This document shows, one piece after another, positions 58,361 to 64,000 of a stretch of 64,000 nt of DNA. Position 1 is the stretch's first letter. Each line of letters starts with the position of its first letter. This stretch comes from a virus (Duplodnaviria; Caudoviricetes), in the IMG/VR virus record IMGVR_UViG_3300049919_000118, positions 1,262-65,261 of that record; one strand, 5' to 3'. The position numbers and the translations under genes are program-made. The notes under the pieces were generated by a model, which had not been told where the DNA came from, did not search any database, and was given only the letters and a program-made list of their open reading frames with translations.

Positions 58361-58382
58361 TTATTTATTGGAATGCGCGGCC

Positions 58383-58829
58383 TTACATGTTATATGAAAC
58401 CCACCCTTGCGCGCCACCATTGAATAACATCCTAAGATGTGAAACATTGATGTCCAATACTAGATCTTCAGCCAAGCCATTTATCAACTGACCGTTGCGA
58501 CCAAGTGTAACATTATTTGTTTGGAACGTTCCTTGAGCATCATAGATGTCAACATAGCTATTGATCGCCGGAATGATTGGAAGAGTAACCGTGAATGGCC
58601 CTGCTGTGCTATTGCATATAACACTCTCCTTATTGTTCGCTTGGTAGTTTGATGATACATTCACTGGATTGAATTCTATACAAGGTGTGTCTGGTCCCGG
58701 CGGATCTCCACAACAATTATCAAGATCAACATTAAGCGATGCTGTCACATCCTCAATGTCCGATACCGCATCTCTCATGCACTGGATTCTATCCAAGAGC
58801 ATCTCTGTTGTTCCTGCTACTATTCTCAT
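58383..58829 (-). CDS. Tail fibre-associated protein (T4 proximal-fibre-like repeat)
   Basis: FTVTLP..P..VDIYD..TF.TNN.T..RNG..ING; paralog of 61753-62211. Confidence 0.7.
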   Translation of the reverse strand: MRIVAGTTEMLLDRIQCMRDAVSDIEDVTASLNVDLDNCCGDPPGPDTPCIEFNPVNVSSNYQANNKESVICNSTAGPFTVTLPIIPAINSYVDIYDAQGTFQTNNVTLGRNGQLINGLAEDLVLDINVSHLRMLFNGGAQGWVSYNM

Positions 58830-59209
58830 GGTTCAGAGCAACCTACGTTGCGGGCTTCAAGTTCTTTGAGTTCTGCATTCGCCGCACAAGCCTCCTGCTC
58901 AAGCAGAAGTAGCGCATCATACACATCATCACTCAATTCATTCACTGATATTAGATACTGTAACTCAGGGATGTATGGAGCGCAAGCGGGTAGGCAGAAT
59001 GCTTCAACCGGAACAACCGGGACTGGGTGATCTGGCGGCGGAGGGCTAGTGCAATACAAGGTCATTTGATACTTAACCTTCTTTTGCCTGCGAGCCAACT
59101 CGCAAATCAAAGCATCAACATTCTGGATACGCTCCATCACAGCCGATGCTTGGCAATCTTTTCCTATGAGCGTTAATCCGCTTGAATCTATACATGCTTG
59201 TGTTGCCAT
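58826..59209 (-). CDS. Cys-rich structural hypothetical protein
   Basis: 127-aa ORF. Confidence 0.65.
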   Translation of the reverse strand: MATQACIDSSGLTLIGKDCQASAVMERIQNVDALICELARRQKKVKYQMTLYCTSPPPPDHPVPVVPVEAFCLPACAPYIPELQYLISVNELSDDVYDALLLLEQEACAANAELKELEARNVGCSEP

Positions 59210-59247
59210 TGCGTGTGAAAGTTAAAATTATTTATTCTTCGTGTCGA

Positions 59248-59472
59248 TCAAGGATCTCCACGACCACCGGGGGTGTGCTGATCGCTTCTGGTCGCTCCCG
59301 ATATGAATCCTATAATCCCTGAGATGATCGCCTCAATCTTAGACACCCCCTCAGACGACAGCAGTGGGCGACCATAGTATAAGGAGCTAATCACAGAACA
59401 CACCACTACCACCAAGATTGATACACAGATCATCTGGGTGAATAGCAGTAGTATTCTGTCCTTGGTTGTCAT
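59248..59472 (-). CDS. Two-TM small membrane protein (holin-like)
   Basis: Two hydrophobic helices. Confidence 0.55.
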   Translation of the reverse strand: MTTKDRILLLFTQMICVSILVVVVCSVISSLYYGRPLLSSEGVSKIEAIISGIIGFISGATRSDQHTPGGRGDP

Positions 59473-59831
59473 TAAGTTTCCGGCCCTTCAATGATTGAGG
59501 TGCAGATAAACTTCTCACCATCAAATGCAATATCAGATCTCCCTGGCTCAGTTGGTGCCCTTACGCCAAATTCTTTTATGCCCATGAAGTCTAGTGACCT
59601 GTTGATCTGGGTGTTTGTTTCTTCACTCATATTGAGTATCGACAGGGATCTATCGACATCATCATTCAAAACATCAAGCAGCCTATCAGTTGGAAGATCA
59701 TTCCAAAATGAATAGTTTACAGAGGTGCTGTTTGATGCGTGATGATGGAGAGACTCCCCACTTCGGAAAATCAATAGGTCAAGCCATTGAAGATCTCTCT
59801 CTAGTTGTGTTAGTTGGCGTTGTATACTCAT
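59472..59831 (-). CDS. Hypothetical protein (possible fibre chaperone)
   Basis: Coupled to the fibre gene. Confidence 0.6.
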   Translation of the reverse strand: MSIQRQLTQLERDLQWLDLLIFRSGESLHHHASNSTSVNYSFWNDLPTDRLLDVLNDDVDRSLSILNMSEETNTQINRSLDFMGIKEFGVRAPTEPGRSDIAFDGEKFICTSIIEGPET

Positions 59832-61690
59832 AAGATTGGATCAATTACTCTCGCGTGATAAATCGCTGATCTGATTTGTAATCCCCTATTCCCAGAAACG
59901 GTTCCGGTAGCGACGTTGGCGACATTCCAAAAATTGCCGTTTGCAACAGCATTAGTCGGGACTGACGTTCCTGTGTGGGTTCCGATTAGAGTCCATCTCC
60001 CGACAGATGTTTGTGGTGCCCGCGTCTTCGCATAAAGTTTCAGCACTCCATTATTCCATGTTATCATCAAGCGAGATAGGCTTTGAAAGGTAATTGATAT
60101 CGTTAGTGATGACGATTCCGTGAGACTGCTCCCCCATACTTGCAGTTTTGCCGTAGTGTCACTTGTGATGATAACGGAAAAACCTGCGCCTGTAAGCTCT
60201 GTCGCCGTCGCGCTCGTCACCCCGTAGAGGAGACGATACTCGTTATTGTTCACCCCCTGGGTATAGATGTCATAAACGACGCTAAACCTAGCGTCACCAA
60301 GCCGCATTGTTTGCCCAGATCCAATAGACGTATCAAGCGGGTTACGATACGCGACTGATGCAACCCTGTTGTTAGTCACCACAGCACCAGAGCTAAGCGA
60401 AACTTCCGCCCTGATTGATTCAGAAGCGGAGCCTGTGCTGTTAGCAGAACCCGTTGACGGCAAAAACGCAAGCTGGTATGTATCATCCTGTATGGTGTCG
60501 TCGTATTTGATAAGGCTCGCCGCAACAGGGAAACCCGTGCCGCTAGACGTTGGCCGGGTGGTCGAGGAAAATGCTTGCGCACCCGTGATGGTCGATCCGT
60601 TCCATGTGTTTGCCCCAACTGTTATATTCCCAGAAAATGCACCACCACCAGAACTGTCTCGAAGAACAAGGGTATCCGGAGCCGGGCTAACCGAAGATGC
60701 TTGCGCTGATCCAACAGCGGTAGGATACGACAGAATCGCCCAATCGGCAGAAACCTCAACGCGTTGCGCCTTAACATCAACGGCATACGCATTGGTATTC
60801 AAAACCTTGTTAGCATAACCAGTGGTGGACAGGAATCCTTGAATGTTTGGATTACTAGCAAAGTGTGCCGCAACAGAGCGATACGGATTAGCAACCGCAC
60901 CATAAGAATTAAACGTAACAGCAACACCATTTCCATCATTAGCTTGAGATGTCCCAACAATAGGAATCTTCCAGTATGCACCCATGTCAGCCCCAACACC
61001 GGAAACGGTAAACGCAATCCCTCCAATAGTAATCGTATCTCCAGACTTCAATGATGTCAGAACCGCCAGAGTGTTCACCGCTGACAGCGCAATCTCATTG
61101 ATATAAAGAAACCCAGAATCATCATTCGGCTGCATGATCTGCCCAACACCCGGAACGGTAACATTGTTAGGCGTCGAGTAATCGTAAGTCCTATTGCTCG
61201 TTGTGAGAGTTGTTGTATCAACCCTTGAAAGAGCAATATCAAGAATCTCCCCGCTCCTAACCAATAACTGGGAGACCGGATAAATAATATTAATTCCGAC
61301 GGCTTGGGGATACACCCTGCGACTCACCGAGACTTGAGTTGGACCGGGATTGAGGATGTATGCAACAGACCATTGGATGTTTGATGCAATAGAATCAGCG
61401 TAGTATTCCATGCTCTGAACAAACCCATTGACGGTCGAGGTGTAACGCTGTCCGGTGATTACCTCAGAAGCACTCGGGGAAGTGGTCGCAAACGCGGCAT
61501 TCAAATCCATGAACTCAACAGGGACGCCAACATTGATTGGCCCCGGCTGCTCTGAAGTATCCTTCAACGCAACACATGAGTATCCACCCGTAGTAACAAT
61601 CGAGCTCTCTGGGTAAGTCCCAGCGGACCACTCGCCCCTGAACACTGTCGGGTCGAATCTATTAACGTCTGATAAAAGTTTGTCTGGCAT
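59828..61690 (-). CDS. Tail fibre / receptor-binding protein (paralog 1)
   Basis: Same N-terminal module; TLVLRDSSG motif; C-terminal lectin-like beta domain. Confidence 0.75.
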   Translation of the reverse strand: MPDKLLSDVNRFDPTVFRGEWSAGTYPESSIVTTGGYSCVALKDTSEQPGPINVGVPVEFMDLNAAFATTSPSASEVITGQRYTSTVNGFVQSMEYYADSIASNIQWSVAYILNPGPTQVSVSRRVYPQAVGINIIYPVSQLLVRSGEILDIALSRVDTTTLTTSNRTYDYSTPNNVTVPGVGQIMQPNDDSGFLYINEIALSAVNTLAVLTSLKSGDTITIGGIAFTVSGVGADMGAYWKIPIVGTSQANDGNGVAVTFNSYGAVANPYRSVAAHFASNPNIQGFLSTTGYANKVLNTNAYAVDVKAQRVEVSADWAILSYPTAVGSAQASSVSPAPDTLVLRDSSGGGAFSGNITVGANTWNGSTITGAQAFSSTTRPTSSGTGFPVAASLIKYDDTIQDDTYQLAFLPSTGSANSTGSASESIRAEVSLSSGAVVTNNRVASVAYRNPLDTSIGSGQTMRLGDARFSVVYDIYTQGVNNNEYRLLYGVTSATATELTGAGFSVIITSDTTAKLQVWGSSLTESSSLTISITFQSLSRLMITWNNGVLKLYAKTRAPQTSVGRWTLIGTHTGTSVPTNAVANGNFWNVANVATGTVSGNRGLQIRSAIYHARVIDPIL

Positions 61691-61752
61691 TTCGTGTGGA
61701 AGTTAAAATTATTTCTTAGAGTCGGCAAAGCCGACCCTGGTTGCGAAGCCAA

Positions 61753-62211
61753 TTAGAGGTTGTAAACAGACCAACCCTGCGCACCACCAACAAACACCAA
61801 CCTCAAATGCGCTCCAGATATGTTGCAGATCAGATTCCCTGCATTCGCATTTATAAGTTGACCATTTCGATTAACTGTTAAATTATTAACAAAGAACGTT
61901 GACTGAGAATCATAGATGTCAACATACTCACCCTCGGTTGGACTGGCTGGCAATGTAATGGAAAATGAACCTAACGTAGTGTCAGCCAAAACATCATCAC
62001 CACTACTCATTAAGTATGGCCCAGAAACATCAACAGGATTAAAACTACTACCACCACTACTGCCACCAAGGATACTGTTGGCTGTCAACACCAACAACAG
62101 CTCCCCAACAGTAGTCGGCAACTGGATCATCACATCCTTCAGGGAGTCACCACGGCCCGCCGAGATAACCCCAGCAGTAACCATACAATCAATCTGAGAG
62201 AAAGCATTCAT
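61753..62211 (-). CDS. Tail fibre-associated protein, paralog of 58383-58829
   Basis: FNPVDVS..ITLP..VDIYD..RNGQLIN..GGAQGW. Confidence 0.7.
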   Translation of the reverse strand: MNAFSQIDCMVTAGVISAGRGDSLKDVMIQLPTTVGELLLVLTANSILGGSSGGSSFNPVDVSGPYLMSSGDDVLADTTLGSFSITLPASPTEGEYVDIYDSQSTFFVNNLTVNRNGQLINANAGNLICNISGAHLRLVFVGGAQGWSVYNL

Positions 62212-62242
62212 TTAACTGGAAGGGTAATAGAAAAATAAAATT

Positions 62243-62749
62243 ATGTCAACAGAAAAAAAAGAGGAAACAAGAGCGGAAAGGAAGCTCCGAGAGGAGGGGC
62301 CAAAGAATCACACCGTAACAAGAAAGTCTCACGAGGCTGGATTGGGGGCCATCCTATACAAGCAACTCCTACACAAACAACTCAACACAATCAGGGGAGA
62401 GATCATCAAATCAAATGAAGAAATTACCATCGCCTTTATCAGACCCAAAACCATCACTCACTCACCTACCATAGCCAACCAAATACTCATCAAATACAAA
62501 GACGGGTCATACGAACTACTCAGAAGGGGAATCTCCGGGGACGCAATCAAACACTATCTTGGACTGTCCTTCGCTAACATCGAATCATACGCCTTCCTCC
62601 CAACCCAAAAGATTTGCGGAGATAAGTGGCCAACAGTATCGGTAGAGTCGGCTTTGCCGACCCTGGTTGCTTCGCAACTAGGTTGCTGCACAACCGGGTT
62701 GATCAAAGATCAACTAGAAGGACGCGGGCTCAACGAATACCAACCATGA
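62243..62749 (+). CDS. Hypothetical protein
   Basis: 168-aa ORF; C-terminus runs through hairpin repeats at 62647-62702. Confidence 0.6.
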   Translation: MSTEKKEETRAERKLREEGPKNHTVTRKSHEAGLGAILYKQLLHKQLNTIRGEIIKSNEEITIAFIRPKTITHSPTIANQILIKYKDGSYELLRRGISGDAIKHYLGLSFANIESYAFLPTQKICGDKWPTVSVESALPTLVASQLGCCTTGLIKDQLEGRGLNEYQP

Positions 62750-63333
62750 GAGGATACGAAAAAGAAAGGTCTGCCGAAACAATCAGACTCGCCGCACCAA
62801 TAGAAGAACGGATACTACAACTCCTAGCTCTAGGCCTAAGACTCCCCACAATCGTATCAACCATCAATGACGAATTCAAAGAAATGCTAGTCAAACCAAT
62901 GAACAGCTCAACAGCACAAGCATTCATCCACGAAAATAAAGAAAGAGCAAACAATGTGAGGGAAAACATTACCAAACACTGCCGGGAAGAACTATCCCTA
63001 CACGCAGCCGAACTGTTCAGGCGCGTTGCCAAAGCTGAACAATCCATAATAGATGTCTTCTCATCCAAACTCACAGAAGCCCTCACAACCCTATCATCAC
63101 TAGACATCGACGAACAAGGCAATAACGGGAAATTCATCAACATATCACGAACATTCCAACTCCTAGAACTCATCGACAAATACCACACCAAGGCAGCCAA
63201 ACTCGTCGGAACAGAAGCAATGCGCGACATCGAAACATTCAGAGCTAAAGCCCAAATCAAAAAGACAGAAGAAGAAAAAACATCCGGCTTAATGCCCGCC
63301 ATCAAAGTAGATTCTTCAACCCGGTTTCTATGA
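62746..63333 (+). CDS. HTH protein, possible terminase small subunit
   Basis: N-terminal HTH-like LLALGLRLPTIVSTI, helical body, AAKLVG. Confidence 0.45.
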   Translation: MRGYEKERSAETIRLAAPIEERILQLLALGLRLPTIVSTINDEFKEMLVKPMNSSTAQAFIHENKERANNVRENITKHCREELSLHAAELFRRVAKAEQSIIDVFSSKLTEALTTLSSLDIDEQGNNGKFINISRTFQLLELIDKYHTKAAKLVGTEAMRDIETFRAKAQIKKTEEEKTSGLMPAIKVDSSTRFL

Positions 63334-63590
63334 AACCGGGCCGGGTTCACCTATGGTGAACCCGGTTCGCCATAGGTGAACCGGGTTAGCTTCGCTAACC
63401 CGACGAGATTCTTATAGTTTGCTTCGCTGGAAGGGCGTTTGCTTCGCTGAGTTAAGGGCGAGCCCTTAACCCGGTTGCGCAGCAACTGAAGTTAAATAAT
63501 ATTATTTATTAATCATGTTGCGGCAACCGCATTCAAGCAACTCCGTTCAGTTCACCTTGGTGAACCGGGTTCAGCTTGGCTGAACTCAAG
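63318..63590. repeat. Mini-hairpin cluster
   Basis: gttcacc-tat-ggtgaac ccg gttcgcc..; gttagc-ttc-gctaac; ttaagggcgagcccttaa ccg gttgcgcagcaac. Confidence 0.85.
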
Positions 63591-63815
63591 CAGCTCCGTT
63601 TTCCCAAATATGAGAAAAAATTTAGAATGGGGATACATACCACACAGCGCGGCTCATCTGCGCATTTGCAGATTTCATGTTGTGAATTTCGTGGCGATAA
63701 GGGATTCCTTTGCCCGATTGTAGGCATAGCTAAAATTTGTTACTATACCTTGGCTTTGTAGGTATGAATGCAGTTTGTTGCTATGCCGTTAGGTTGTTGG
63801 CGCGGCTTACTTTGT

Positions 63816-64000
63816 GCATCACCTGAACGGCATCACCTGAACGGCATCACTGAAACGCCACACCTGAAACGGCATCACCTGAACGGCATCACCTGAACGG
63901 CATCACTGAAACGGCATCACCTGAACGGCATCACTGAAACGGCATCACTGAAACGGCATCACTGAAACGCCACACCTGAACGGCATCACTGAAACGGCAT
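63816..64000 (+). repeat. 14-bp tandem repeat (about 13 units, runs off the window end)
   Basis: Unit variants GGCATCACCTGAAC, GGCATCACTGAAAC and GCCACACCTGAAAC. Confidence 0.92.

Larger units (their letters stand above)
1..64000. mobile_element. Tailed dsDNA phage genome (podovirus-like organisation), most or all of it
   Basis: Terminase, portal, scaffold, capsid, tail and ejection genes on - strand; replication and early genes on + strand; no cellular housekeeping operons. Confidence 0.93.

Noticed and set aside
56101-61690. Diversity-generating retroelement or invertase shufflon acting on the fibres
   Set aside because: No reverse transcriptase, no adenine-variant template/variable repeat pair, no invertase or inverted crossover sites seen
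62730-63350. 206-aa - strand ORF and the many other antisense ORFs in the track
   Set aside because: Shadows of well-supported genes on the opposite strand
63816-64000. CRISPR array
   Set aside because: Contiguous 14-bp units with no unique spacers
1-64000. tRNA or rRNA genes
   Set aside because: No cloverleaf with T-loop GTTCRA and acceptor stem seen by eye; tRNAscan-SE was not run

Overview
The window is most or all of a ~64 kb tailed dsDNA bacteriophage genome, probably podovirus-like. A + strand arm (1.1-29.3 kb) carries small early genes, SF1 and SF2 helicases, RadC/JAB, a C5 DNA methyltransferase, ThyX, a PD-(D/E)XK nuclease, RuvC, a tandem GroES and a dNTP diphosphohydrolase. A - strand arm (29.3-62.2 kb) carries tail fibres, terminase, portal, scaffold, capsid, lysis genes, tail tube proteins and a 3153-aa ejection-type polyvalent protein. 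The two arms converge on a bidirectional terminator. The most striking feature is an integrase-less integron gene-cassette array inside the early arm (9.9-14.5 kb, plus a methyltransferase cassette at 18.4-19.3 kb). It has about 14 full, half or degenerate attC sites with extrahelical bases and cassette-matched R boxes. Every ORF runs antisense to the canonical attC orientation, and the attC loops often contain the start codon and N-terminus of the next gene. Other unexplained signals are: at least 33 genome-wide copies of the palindrome TAATATTA (many inside genes), a three-copy covarying two-stem leader element, strings of GTT..AAC mini-hairpins near both ends, a ~530-nt ncRNA candidate, and a terminal 14-bp tandem repeat. 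I recognised no DNA polymerase, primase, integrase, tRNA or CRISPR array. All calls are by-eye motif recognition; no searches were run.
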